Positions 13,973 to 27,592 of a stretch of DNA of 64,000 nucleotides are shown in pieces. The notes under the pieces are model-generated. The model ran no database searches. It had not been told where the DNA came from and saw only the letters and a list, made by a program, of their open reading frames with translations. Source of the stretch: Eledone cirrhosa (Eukaryota); the NCBI GenBank assembly GCA_964016885.1, contig OZ024757.1:1736001-1800000 (forward strand). Direction: 5' to 3'. Within the stretch, counting starts at the first letter, position 1; each line of letters starts with the position of its first letter. The translations under genes and the position numbers were made by a program.

Positions 13973-14565
13973 TAATATTTTTTTAAGGCAACGCTTGTAA
14001 TAACTCTAGTTAAACAGGATATATATTAATAATAAATTATCGTTGTAATGTAATTAGATTATGTAATTGTTATTATAAATTATCTTATAAATATTAGTGT
14101 AAGATGTATAAAAATATTTTCAGACTTTTAATATAAACAACTACAAAAAACAATCAATATTAAATCAATATATTATACATAATAGAAAACATAAAATATA
14201 CAATACAAAAACAAAATATTTACATACAATTGCAATTATCAGTGTATATACATTTTCTTTATATTCCCTGAGCAAATTAATAAGATTTGTTTTTATTGTA
14301 CATAATTTGATGACTTGTTGGAGTGTATTAAAAGATAGCAACAATTTGTGATTAAATTGTTATCTTAAGCAACTCACTTTTTAATAGTTGTTGGCTGAGC
14401 GAAATTGTAAAAGCCTATGAGCAAATATAAAAAAAAATACACAAACAACATTTCCTTGTGTTATTACAACATTAGATAAAATAATTGAGCAATGTCGTTA
14501 TATTTTGCTCTTATTGCACATTAATAGTGTTTCTATTTTTCGGCACAAATCCATTACGGCAGTCC

Positions 14566-14695
14566 ATTACTGGTACTTTATTTTATCGAATTAGTAAGTA
14601 TGAAAGTCGAAGTTAACCTCGGCAGGATTTGAACTTAGAATGCAAAGGACCATAACAATACTGCAAAGCATGGTGTCTGACGCTCTACCAATACT
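14566..14695 (-). mobile_element. tRNA-derived SINE (Meta-domain-like family), degenerate
   Basis: Reverse complement of the TTCAAATCC..CCGAGGTTAACTT..TTTCAT..TCGATAAAATAAAGTACCAG core also seen at 21548, 60620 and 62557. Confidence 0.7.
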
Positions 14696-16522
14696 TGTGT
14701 TGAGCTGGTCATTAATTTATGGTGGTCGTGCGTGGAGTAGAGCAATCGCTAGTTGAAATATTATGAACAAAACATTTTTATTTGCCGAAGAACATATTTT
14801 CAATACTGTTTGTGAATGTGACGAAGGAAATACATTCTGATATGGAACAGTGTACAAAGTGTGTCTGTGAATAACATAATGTTACCTCATGTTGTTGTCA
14901 AGACATAATGGATTTTGTATATCCAGTTAGAAGATGAAACCTAGCCATCTCGGATTAGTTATATTTCATGCCATGTGTAAACGTGTTTGAGGATAGCAAA
15001 ATATGCGCGTTAATTATAATAATTAGTTAATAATATTACAAAATATACCTAATTAAACTCTTTGCTTGAAATTTTATCATTCTTCGTTTATATATATATA
15101 TAGAGAGAGAGAGAGGGAGAGAGAGAGAGAGAGAGAGATTTATCTAGTCCTTCGCTCAAGATTAATCTATAAGTTTAGATGTTTGCCTTCGTTTAAGTAA
15201 ATATTACAGTAAGATTTTTAATATAAACAACTACAAAAAACAATTAATATTAAAACGAAAAAATTATCAATGATAAAAGAAGCGGATGCAACTTTTTTTT
15301 TTATAAAGTTATATTCCTGTTTCTTTAAAGAACATTTCATTTTTGTTCTATTGTAGGCGAAATAATGCAATGGTTTAATAGGGAAGATATAACTTACGAA
15401 TTATGTCTCTAACCGTGTAACGCTTTTTAAGTAGATAACTACAATTGAAAATACTAAAGAAATGGAACCAACAATTCAATTTGAAAGTCGTCTAGTGACA
15501 GTGTATTACTGGTACTTTATTTTATCGACCCCGTAACGATGAAAGGCAAAAATGCAAATGCTTAAAATTTAAATTGCCTTAATTCTATCGTCTGCTGTTT
15601 CATTAAAGGGAGATTATCGTCTGTATTTAATTCTATCGTCTACTGTTCCACTAAACAGATATACCTCCACTATCGTCTCTATTTATACATTTTAACTTAT
15701 AACTTATACACATTTGATTTGAAATATTTTATCTAGTCCCCCCTCTCAATATTATGATGATTTCTTTCGAATGAAACAGTTCTAGTCCTGTAGAAGCCAT
15801 TTATATATATAATTGAACTGAGTTAAAAATTCACAATATTTATAATTAAATAAGCTCATATATATATGTGTGTATTTATCTGTTTATTGTATTATATATA
15901 ATGTGTGTATATACAGGATGTCCCCCAAAAATATATACACACTTCAACAGCATTCTAATAACTATTGCCTGTACAGGTAATCAAAGTGTCAATCGAATGT
16001 TAGTTTCGTGTTTTAACAGTACAAATTTACAATACACACATAAAACCAGTGTATATACATACATGAGTGTGTATACACATACATGAATGTGTATATATAT
16101 ATAGACACATATATTCACGGTGCAACGGTACATTAAAATATAGATGCGGGAGAGGGGGGTGTATATATAGGGGCGCTGGGGATAAAGGAGTGTAAAGCGT
16201 GTGTAATTGATATATTGAAGGAGAGGAGCGTGCAGCGATAGAGTAACAAATATATAGAGAGGGGGAGAGATGGTATTGAAGGGGAGGAGTGCAAAGCGAA
16301 AGAGTAAGAGATATATATAGAGACGGAACAGATAGAGAGAAACAGGCGTAAGTAACAGTGGAAGAGATATAGAGAGAGGTACTCTGATTGGTTGAAAATT
16401 AGCCAATGACATACGATCACCACCACCACGGCTATCCCCGAAAAATTTTTAAAGAAGCTAGGCATATATGTTAGAACACGAAAAGTGAACATTCTGTTGT
16501 TTCACACTTTTCGTGTTCTAAC

Positions 16523-19500
16523 AGATATAGTTGACATATGTTTATATATAACAAATATAATGTAGTTGACATATGTTTATATATAACAGATAATAAAATA
16601 TAGCTGACATATGTTTATATATAACAGATAATATAATGTAGTTGACATATGTTTATATATGACAGATAATATAATATAGTTGACATGTTTATATATAACA
16701 GATAATATAATGTAGTTGACATATGTTTATATATAACAGATAATAAAATATAGTTGACATATGTTTATTTATAACAGATAATATAATATAGTTGACATAT
16801 GTTTATATATAACAGATAATATAATGTAGTTGACATATGTTTATATATGACAGATAATATAATATAGTTGACATGTTTATATATAACAGATAATAAAATA
16901 TAGTTGACATATGTTTATATATAACAGATAATATAATGTAGTTGACATATGTTTATATATGACAGATAATATAATATAGTTGACATGTTTATATATAACA
17001 GATAATATAATGTAGTTGACATATGTTTATATATAACAGATAATAAAATATAGTTGACATATGTTTATTTATAACAGATAATATAATATAGTTGACATAT
17101 GTTTATATATAACAGATAATATAATGTAGTTGACATATGTTTATATATGACAGATAATATAATATAGTTGACATATGTTTATATATAACAGATAATATAA
17201 TGTAGTTGACATATGTTTATATATGACAGATAATATAATATAGTTGACATATGTTTATATATAACAGATAATATAATGTAGTTGACATATGTTTATATAT
17301 AACAGATAATAAAATATAGTTGACATATGTTTATATATAACAGATAATATAATGTAGTTGACATATGTTTATATATAACATATAATATAATATAGTTGAC
17401 ATATGTTTATATATAACATAATATAATATAGTTGACATATGTTTATATATAACAGATAATATAATGTAGTTGACATATGTTTATATATAACAAATATAAT
17501 ATAGTTGACATATGTTTATATATAACAGATAATATAATATAGTTGACATGTTTATTTATAACAGATAATATAATATAGTTGACATATGTTTATATATAAC
17601 AGATAATATAATGTAGTTGACATAATATGTTTATATATGACAGATAATATAATATAGTTGACATATGTTTATATATAACATAATATAATGTAGTTGACAT
17701 AATATGTTTATATATGACAGATAATATAATATAGTTGACATGTTTATATATAACAGATAATATAATGTAGTTGACATATGTTTATATATAACAGATAATA
17801 AAATATAGTTGACATATGTTTATTTATAACAGATAATATAATATAGTTGACATATGTTTATATATAACAGATAATATAATGTAGTTGACATATGTTTATA
17901 TATGACAGATAATATAATATAGTTGACATGTTTATATATAACAGATAATAAAATATAGTTGACATATGTTTATATATAACAGATAATATAATGTAGTTGA
18001 CATATGTTTATATATGACAGATAATATAATATAGTTGACATGTTTATATATAACAGATAATATAATGTAGTTGACATATGTTTATATATAACAGATAATA
18101 AAATATAGTTGACATATGTTTATTTATAACAGATAATATAATATAGTTGACATATGTTTATATATAACAGATAATATAATGTAGTTGACATAATATGTTT
18201 ATATATGACAGATAATATAATATAGTTGACATATGTTTATATATAACAGATAATATAATGTAGTTGACATATGTTTATATATGACAGATAATATAATATA
18301 GTTGACATATGTTTATATATAACAGATAATATAATGTAGTTGACATATGTTTATATATAACAGATAATAAAATATAGTTGACATATGTTTATATATAACA
18401 GATAATATAATGTAGTTGACATATGTTTATATATAACATATAATATAATATAGTTGACATATGTTTATATATAACATAATATAATATAGTTGACATATGT
18501 TTATATATAACAGATAATATAATGTAGTTGACATATGTTTATATATAACAAATATAATATAGTTGACATATGTTTATATATAACAGATAATATAATATAG
18601 TTGACATGTTTATTTATAACAGATAATATAATATAGTTGACATATGTTTATATATAACAGATAATATAATGTAGTTGACATAATATGTTTATATATGACA
18701 GATAATATAATATAGTTGACATATGTTTATATATAACATAATATAATGTAGTTGACATAATATGTTTATATATGACAGATAATATAATATAGTTGACATA
18801 TGTTTATATATAACAGATAATATAATGTAGTTGACATATGTTTATATATAACAGATAATAAAATATAGTTGACATATGTTTATATATAACAGATAATATA
18901 ATGTAGTTGACATATGTTTATATATAACATATAATATAATATAGTTGACATATGTTTATATATAACATAATATAATATAGTTGACATATGTTTATATATA
19001 ACATAATATAATATAGTTGACATATGTTTATATATAACAGATAATATAATATAGTTGACATATGTTTATATATAACAGATAATATAATATAGTTGACATA
19101 TGTTTATATATAACATATAATAAAATATAGTTGACATATGTTTATATATAACAGATAATATAATATAGTTGACATATGTTTATATATAACAGATAATATA
19201 ATATAGTTGACATGTTTATATATAACAGATAATATAATATAGTTGACATATGTTTATATATAACAGATAATATAATATAGTTGACATATGTTTATATATA
19301 ACAGATAATATAATATAGTTGACATATGTTTATATATAACAGATAATATAATGTAGTTGATATATGTTTATATATAACAGATAATAAAATATAGTTGACA
19401 TATGTTTATATATAACATATAATATAATGTAGTTGACATATGTTTATATATAACATATAATATAATATAGTTGACATATGTTTATATATAACAGATAATA

Positions 19501-19640
19501 AAATATAGTTGACATATGTTTATATATAACATAATATAATATAGTTGACATATGTTTATATATAACAGATAATATAATATAGTTGACATATGTTTATATA
19601 TAACAGATAATATAATATAGTTGACATATGTTTATATATA
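16523..19640. repeat. 38-bp AT-rich minisatellite, main block
   Basis: Same unit as 12601-13013, about 80 copies. One further partial unit at 19889-19911. Confidence 0.98.
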
Positions 19641-19889
19641 ATAATAATAATGAAAATACTGTGTACAGTGCTCAGGTGCACTACAACTCATCAAAAGTGT
19701 ATGTATAGTACATAGGGTAATCTACAAACATCAGGAAAATGAACAGTGCATGGGTCATGATATACAAATGTGTGCATGTGTATGGAAGGGGGACATCAGG
19801 TGTAGTTTTGGTAAATTTCGGGAAGCATGAGGGTTTTAAAGGATGCAGTGTCTCGGCAGCTAACAACTGACGCAGGCAGTTTGTTCCAG
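19640..19889 (-). mobile_element. CR1/L2-type LINE 3' end
   Basis: Minus strand WNKLPASVVSCRDTASFK matches the WN.LP..VV.....FK C-terminal motif. A 3' UTR and (TTA)n tail follow. Inserted at the end of the satellite. Confidence 0.65.
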
Positions 19890-20419
19890 ATAATATAATA
19901 TAGTTGACATAAAATAACATTTAATAGATTGATAACTTTATTAAACTAAAGAGAAAATGTGATAAAAACTAAGACTGTGGCCATATTGGGGCATCATCAT
20001 CATCATCATCATTTACGACCGCTTTTCCCTGCTTGCAAGGGTGAGCACTGTATAATTATACTGGGGCCATGCTGGATCACTATACTTTTTATTGTTTTAC
20101 TGGTTTCAGTCATTAGACTGTGGCCATGCTGGAGTACCACCTTAATATTTATTTTATTCTATTTTATTTGTACTTTCAGGCTTCGACTGAGCAAATTGAA
20201 ATTGTTGAAAAGCTGAGAAATCAAAGGAATTGTTTTTTGAAGGAGAATTGAAGATATTGAGGAGAGACACAGAGAGTGAGTGTGTGACTGATAGAGAGAC
20301 ACAGAGAGTGAGTGAGTGACTGATAGAGAGAGGTTAGAGAGTGATTGAGGGAACAACAAAGAGAGGCAGACTGAGGTTTTTCCATAAAATTGTTAGACAA
20401 GTGTTTCAATTAATGGGTC

Positions 20420-20720
20420 TAAAATATAACAGTTTTAATTAATTAATGTAAAAATAACTGTTTTAATTAATGAGTGTAAAATATAACTGCCATAACTAGC
20501 AATTGTGAAATATAACAGTTTTAATTAATGAGTGAAAATATAACTGTTTTAATTAATGAGTGTAAGAATATAACTGTTTCGGTTAATAATTGTGAAACAT
20601 AAGTTTTAATTAATGAGTATGAAATATAACAGCTTTAATTAATGAGTGTGAATTATAACAGTTTTAATTAAAAATTGCAAAATATAACTGTTTTAATTAA
20701 TGAGTGTAAAATATAACTGC
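20420..20720. repeat. Degenerate ~30-bp AT-rich tandem repeat
   Basis: AAATATAACTGTTTTAATTAATGAGTGT units directly upstream of and overlapping the ORF start at 20700. Confidence 0.85.
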
Positions 20721-21515
20721 TGCAGCCAACAGTTGAATGAAAGACATGACATTATGAAATACATGGAACGGTGTGAAAATAATTCAAAATGGACGGTTGT
20801 GATGTTAATTCTTCTCCTTCTAATGTGTCTTATTGTTCCATTGAAAAGTCTTCAAGCTGTCAATGTGTCAAACATAGAAAAGCCATCTGTGAGTCCATTC
20901 CAACGACATATACAACATTTAAAGGACCTGAAAAGCAAGTTTAGAACCCAACCAAATCGTATGTGGTCTACCCTAAAAGCTAGCACCCATCACATCATTA
21001 CATCAGAAGATCCTGATAGACCAGCTGTGATCATGATGGTTTTACCAAGTAATAAATCCAATCCCATGGCCCTATGTTTAGCCCGACACTTCTCACACAA
21101 CCTCGACAAGGTACTTCTTTGTCACACTACATCTGTTGCTACATACCCTGTCATTGATGGGGCTAAATATGTCAACTATAAAACCAATGAACAGAAATTA
21201 CAATTAGATAACTCCATCCAACGTATTGTTAGACATCACAGTTCAGTAGTAATTAATCACTTAGAGAAACTTGACAGTGAAACTGTCATGTATTTCCATG
21301 GTCTTTGTGACACAACAGAAGCTTTACACAAACGGATTGCTGTCATATTTCTAGTGGAGACACCTCTTGAAATAAAACATGAAATGGAGCTGGCATCGTA
21401 TTTAGGAGGTTTGTGGGATGACATAGACCGCGTTCAAGTAAAACCTCTCCTTGCACGCATTGCTAACAATGTCATATTTTTGAACCAAGATGATAGTTTT
21501 ACAAACTGCCAGTAG
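20700..21515 (+). CDS. TOR1AIP: Torsin-1A-interacting protein (LAP1/LULL1 family): TM helix plus luminal AAA+-like activator domain, probably a terminal exon
   Basis: Hydrophobic segment WTVVMLILLLLMCLIVPL, then family motifs LKSKF.TQ...W, PAVIMMV, ALCLA, IDG, KLQLD, VVINHLEKL, FHGLCD, and C-terminal LLARIANNVI (arginine-finger position). The true start is uncertain. Confidence 0.88.
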   Translation: MSVKYNCCSQQLNERHDIMKYMERCENNSKWTVVMLILLLLMCLIVPLKSLQAVNVSNIEKPSVSPFQRHIQHLKDLKSKFRTQPNRMWSTLKASTHHIITSEDPDRPAVIMMVLPSNKSNPMALCLARHFSHNLDKVLLCHTTSVATYPVIDGAKYVNYKTNEQKLQLDNSIQRIVRHHSSVVINHLEKLDSETVMYFHGLCDTTEALHKRIAVIFLVETPLEIKHEMELASYLGGLWDDIDRVQVKPLLARIANNVIFLNQDDSFTNCQ

Positions 21516-21545
21516 ATGGTGTTGTTTTTGTTATTCACACACAAG

Positions 21546-21760
21546 GGCAGTGGATTGGCCAAATCGGTAGAGTGTCAGAGAAAATGCTTAGCGGCATTTA
21601 TTCTGGATCTTTACGTCCTGAATTCAAATCCCACCAAGGTCTACTTTGTCTTTCATTCTTTCAGGGTTGATAAAATAAAATACCAGTCACATACTGGGGT
21701 CGATGTAATGAATGACCTTTCATCTCCCTCAAATTACTGGCCTTTTGCCTAAATTAGAAA
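21546..21760 (+). mobile_element. tRNA-derived SINE (Meta-domain-like) in the presumed 3' UTR
   Basis: A-box-like TGGCCAAATCGGTAGAG, B-box-like ATTCAAATCC, core CTTTCATTCTTTCAGGGTTGATAAAATAAAATACCAG. Confidence 0.75.
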
Positions 21761-21967
21761 TCCTTATTATTCACACACACACACACACATATATATAATC
21801 TCTCCTTCGTAATCCCGTCTCTATTTTTGTCCTCCTGAAGAAGAGCTGAAGCCCAACATGTCGAACTTTCTTCCTCTTTTTCCATATAAAGCGTGAAACT
21901 ATCTTTGTATCTCTTTTTGTTGTCTCCTTGAAATATAGTTATGTAATAAGCAACATAAGATAATTAT

Positions 21968-22038
21968 TTCATTTACCAAAGGTTTCACGAAGACAGACGA
22001 GCTTGGCACAGACGTCTGCCTTCAATCATCAGAATGAA
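21968..22038 (-). ncRNA. Type I hammerhead ribozyme
   Basis: Minus strand: UUCAUU-CUGAUGA-[UGAAGGCAGACG..CGUCUGUCUUCG]-GAAA-CC UUU GG-UA|AAUGAA. All three helices form. Confidence 0.85.
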
Positions 22039-22573
22039 TTAATTATCTTATGCTGTTTATTACATAACTAAAAAGCTCTGTAGCCTACATAGAGCACTCT
22101 CTTTTCCTTTACCTTTCCTATGGGAAATACTTCAATTATATATATATATGTCGTATTCTATGTGGTTGTGGTGGGGCTGATGATGTTAGGACTCAATATG
22201 TCGTAGGAAAGATGATCACAGCGAGATTAAACGGTGGAGCCAGTAGTTCTTGTGGTTGGTGACCACCGCTTAAGGCTTCCTCGAAGAAGATTCGCCCAGG
22301 TTACAGAGTCATTCACACACGCACACACATATATAACTGAAGAGTGTGTATGTGCATTTAGAAAGCCGTACAATAGAAGTAGGTTAGATTACCAAGGTAA
22401 TAAGTTGGGAGGGAACTGAGAGAGAAAACAAAGGTGGGAGAAGGAAAAGAAAAGGAAGAATAACTGAAAGTTACCTGAGAAATATATCACTATATATATA
22501 TATATATAAAAAACATGAGAAAAAAGAAGAATACTGCGTGGTTTACACATGGGTTTATATATATATATATATA

Positions 22574-23446
22574 CAGGGTGCGGACGATATTTGTTCACAA
22601 GATTACAGTCTAGGAAAAGGTAACACAGTAGTTTCATTTTTTAAGATTTATTTATCAAACTTGGGTCAGTTTGTCTTCATGACTTGTTCTTTCGATCTCA
22701 CTCGATAAACCCACCATTGGCTTTGATGACGGCCTCAAAGCAGCCTCGGAACCGGCTACAGGCCTTCGTCACTGTTCCCCGACTTAGGCCCCTAATGGCA
22801 CTTGTGATCCTGGCCTTCAGATCGTCTTTCGTATTGCAGCTAGATCTGTTGGTGTCTCGTTCCACTGCGCCCCACACAAAGAAGTCGAGGGGGTTGCAGT
22901 CAGGCGAGCTGGGAGGCCAGATGTCAGGTGAAGTGTGGTCGACGAAGTTCTCTGACAGCCAGGCTTGTGTCTTTCTGCTGGTATGGGAGGGCGCTGAGTC
23001 TTGCTGCCACACGTACGTACGGCCTACCTGCAGCTACCTGGTCGATCCAGGGCTTTACTACCTCGCTCAGAACGCGGATGTAGCCCTCAGGGAAGAAGTG
23101 AGGTGGCATGACGTCACCTTGACTGCTGATGACACCTAAGACCAATGTTGTCGCTGGGAACTTTGTCTACATGACTCTAGGCACGTCTTTGGATGAGACA
23201 GCGAACCACCTGTTGTTATGGAAGTTGATCTTCTGGTCTTATTTGTCCTCCTGGCGCAGATTCCAAGAAGAACTCCGTGTCTCTTCCACAAATTTGGAGA
23301 TTCAAAATTATTCATAATCAATTATTCTGAAAATAAATAATGGAAATATAGTCAGTTTTTATGAAGACAAGAGTGACAACGGAAGTAAAAAGAATTTGCA
23401 TAAAATTAGCAGTTGAAAATTGCGAACAAATATCATCCGCATCCTG
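22574..23446 (-). mobile_element. Tc1/mariner DD37D (maT) element, internally deleted
   Basis: TIRs CAGGGTGCGGACGATATTTGTTC / GAACAAATATCATCCGCATCCTG flanked by TA. The transposase remnant QQDSAPSH...WPPSSPDCNPLD has 37 aa between the Asp residues and is frameshifted. Confidence 0.9.
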
Positions 23447-23932
23447 TATATAAGCAGGTATCATCATCATCATCATCATCATTTTACGTCTGCAGGGAAA
23501 AGCGGACATAAAAGGTATATATATAAATATATATAAGCAGGTATATATCATCATCATCATATAAATAAGCAGGTTTATATATCATCATCATCATCTTCAT
23601 TTAACGTCCATTTTCCACGCTATAAACAGGTATTTATATATATATATATAAGCTGGTATTGCACCAAGAATTCTATCACTTCTTTCTGTTCAAACTGGCT
23701 GTAACCGGCTGGTTGTACTTATGTTAAGGTATTGTTCTCAAAATAAATGATATCAAAATCTCATAGATTTGATATTATGTGAAATAATCCTTTACTGTGA
23801 CAATACAATAGTATATATAGAGTAATGTAAATGTTATGTGAGGTAAAGACTTTACTGTGACAATACAATAGTATATATAGAGTAATGTAAATGTTATGTG
23901 AGGTAAAGACTTTACTGTGAAAATATAGTATA

Positions 23933-26900
23933 CTAGCAGTATAGCCCGCCGTTGCTCGAGTTTGTTCATTTGCTATGAAAAGTTACATACAGGTAAACGT
24001 GGCTTGAAAGAGAATAAGATTATCAATTAAGTGCATAAAGCAGTTGAACCGGTTTATTAAAAGTTACGAACCAATTAGCATTTTGGTCAATCAATGATGG
24101 GTTAATAATCTTCCAATAGCGAATTTAGTAGACCAAAGTTGCAAGATGGTGGCCCTGATGCCACTGGGTGTCAGATCTGTCCGCCATGGGTGACCCTACC
24201 AGTTTTCCAGATGGCATATCTCCAACACCTGCACCAACATCTATAGCACCTTTGTAGACGATATTGCGTGTCATCCCTTGAGGAGTGTAAGCAAAAGGTC
24301 TATTCCTGCTCCCTACGCGGGAACAGGCAACATAAAGTTGGCCATGGGAGAAGCCTGGCTCCTCCAAATGGATGTCCGCCACCAACAATGTTTGCCCTTG
24401 TGACTTGTTAATGGACATGGCAAAACATGGTCTCGCCAGAAATCGAACGGGATATCTGTCGCCGAGGGGAAAAGGTTCATCCTTGGAATGAAAACATTCT
24501 CCCCACCCCGTTACAATGGTGGCCTCAATCAAGTGGGGTGTCAGTGACTTGACGACCATGCGAGTACTGTTGCACTGCTTTGGTGGACGCAAGTTCCTTA
24601 TTAGCATAATGGGACAGCCAACCCTAAGCTTAAGAATGTGAGGTGGGAGCCCTGGGGGCTCAAGGGAATTTAATAACTCAACCGGATAATTAACGATATC
24701 GTTGGGGTCTGACGTCCGGTCGATAGATTTGAAGATGGCTCTTCACCGGGAATCTTCTCAATCAGCTGCTCGTTAATAAAATTAACCATGGTATTTTTCG
24801 GAGCAAGGATGGCTCTTTCGCTGAGCCAATCGAGATTTTTAAAGTTAAATGGAAGTCAGGAAAAACTGCTTCCCAAAGGTCAGAAGGGCTGCTCACAATG
24901 TTGCACAGGGAGTCGATTGCTATGCCGCTCTTGTCATCCGCAGGGACATTGCCCTCACCAAGTGCTAAAATGTTCTGAGCAAATGCTGCAGACATGTCAC
25001 CATGCAAATGAGCACGCATATTTGTGCTCAGGTACAAACTCTTCACCTGGAGCCACAACATGGACGACTTAAGGCAGGCACGCACTTCACCAACTCTTGT
25101 CCCTTTGGGGATGACAGGCAGCGTTTGCCGAAAATCCCCTGATAGCAGAAGGGTTACGCCACCCATAGGAGCCGTAGAATCCCTAATGTCTTTCAGGGTC
25201 CTGTTCCAATGCCTCAAAGGCACCCTTGTGTGCCATTGTGCACTCATCCCAAACAATGAGGCAACATTTTTTGAGAACCAGAGCTTCGTGTAAACTCTTG
25301 CTGATATTGCATGTTGGTGTCTCAGTTTTTACTAAATCCAAGGGGAGTTTAAAGGTTGAATGTGCTGTCCTGCCTCCCGGCAGCAAAATAGCAGTGATCC
25401 CGGACGATGCAACAGCCAACGCAATTTTTTTCTCCTGACGAATCTTAACGAGAATCAATTTCGTTACAAAAGTTTTTCCGGTACCCCAGGAGCATTGAGA
25501 AAGTAAATACCCCCAGTCTGATTTTGAACCGCGTCAATGACAGTTAAATAGGCTAACCTTTGGTCCGACAGAAGTTTGGGCTCATTTTCCTCTAAGTATT
25601 GGGAAAGAGATTCGATGTCATATGCTGTTTCCCGCAACAAATCCGGGGCCGTGTTAGCTTCCTCTCTGACGGTTGACGGCAAGCCATACATCGCCAACTC
25701 ACTCCCACCCATGCCAAGGAGGGCGTCCTCGATATCAATGAGTGCCCTGTTGTAGATAATGTCGCTGTAACCAACTTCCACTGAAGTATACTGCAGATAA
25801 GCCAGGTGCAGGAAGTCCTCAGGCATGAAATCTCTGTACTTGACTCAAAGATTTGGGATCACCCAATTCACACTTTTGAAGCAAAATGGCAAAGAGTTCC
25901 CATAGACCTTTAGGTGATTTCAACAAAGCACCCTCTGCTAAAGTGGAATCCCATTGCGAATCATCTTTCAAAAGACCACGCTTAAAGCAGGCTTCCCGGT
26001 ACATATCACATATTTCTCCGTCAACAGTTTTGAGGTCCTGAAAACTTTGTGGGCCTACAACTTCATGCAGAAGAAGGCGGAGATGAAAACACTCATGCTG
26101 ACTTGGGGGCACAGTGTAAACCCTTCCAAGATAGCTGTCAAATTTTACACCAGGATGTCTTTCAACAGCCTGACCTGACTTCTTCGCACCCAAGTGTTTT
26201 TCGACCATATAAAGTAGGATGGAACCTGGGGGTACACAATTATTTGCGCAAATGTGTCGAACTGGCAAAGTTTGAAGAAACCCGTCAGAGTGGTCTCTTT
26301 CGGATCGGCGGCGGTTTGGTCCGTAAAGTAAACCCTTTGCTCATTTTCCAAATGTACCGCAAGCTGTACGGTGGCGTGGTGCCATTGGTGTAGGGGTAAA
26401 CCAAATAGGCGCCAAAAAGCTTCATTGCTACTGATGTACCGCCCCGCCAGGTATTCTGTGACCTCGTCCCTGCTATTTTCTGCTTGAAATACGAACATTG
26501 CGGCATCAGAGCCCTTATTTACATATTTGCATATGTATTTTATCGACTTGACGGAGTTGCAAAACTCAACGTTGATGTGGGCGTTGAACATCTTCAAGAG
26601 AAGCGAGCAGTAAGGGACCACCCATCTATTGTCGACTTGACTCCCCTTTACTGTTGTGGTGAAGCCACCGTTCTCGGGCCGTCTCCGCCTGTACAGGGGG
26701 TACCCGTCGCCACCAGTCTGAGTCTGGTCAACAAATTTTTGGGGGGTATCCCTTACTGCATGACCCCCCCCCCCTTTCAGACACGTGTGATCCTCATTAG
26801 GACCCGACGCACACGGACCATGTTAGCTTTGATGATGTCATGTAATTCCTGGTCAGTTGCTGGGTTAGGGATTTGAGCTGAAATGAAGCTGTCTATGGCA

Positions 26901-27592
26901 TTTGAATTGATTTTATCAGCTAACCAAATCAAAATGTGAGCATGTGGCAGCCCTCGTTTTTGCCATTTGATGGTGAACATGTCACATTTTACACCCCCAA
27001 ATACCTGACACTTTTTGATTAAAACCATGAGTTTAGCCAGTTTCAGTCTGAACACTCTGGCCATGAGGTCATGTCTGTTTGAATAATTTTGCCCAGGAAA
27101 AAGTTCACGGGTTCATTCCGATTCATATGTCTATAGCACTAACCTGTTATATGAAGTGTTATTTTGTGGGTTGTTTGCAATAAGCCGATTGAAAATGCCC
27201 CAGATAAGAATTATCTCAATACGGAACGCTCCACTGCAGTGTTGTCATATAGGGAGTGAAGAGCGACAGAGAGAGTAAAGCAATTAAATTATAGAGAGGG
27301 GGAATATACGGAATGCTCCATTTGATCATACACACTGTTTCTCTCTCTACAGTGTTGTCATATAGAGAGTGAAGAGTGACAGAGAGAGTCAATCAGTTAA
27401 ATTATAGAGAGGCGGAATGATCATGATCGATTTTTGCCCTTATTGTTGATGGATTTTAAATTGTTTTGCTTCATGACCTTTTCCTGACCAAGAGCAATAA
27501 TTGTCCCAACGTTGAATAGAATCCGTTGGAAATTGTGGACGTGAATCCGTTACAAACCTTAACACACACATCCTCAGATTTATATATATAGA
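23933..27592 (-). mobile_element. Helitron with both termini and a decayed RepHel gene
   Basis: 5' TC at 27592, 3' hairpin plus CTAG at 23933, A|T target with no TSD. HUH motif KWQKRGLPHAHILIW. PIF1 motifs VASSGITAILLPGGRTAHS, LIVWDEC, GDFRQTLPV, FAMSINKSQGQT, HGQLYVACSRV. Many frameshifts, and the Rep N-terminus is missing. Confidence 0.95.

Noticed and set aside
3650-19640. Regular 32-45-bp repeats as CRISPR arrays
   Set aside because: The units are head-to-tail with no unique spacers, there are no cas genes, and the context is eukaryotic.
22175-22225. CTGATGA...GAAA as a hammerhead
   Set aside because: No helix I and no NUH site consistent with a helix III.
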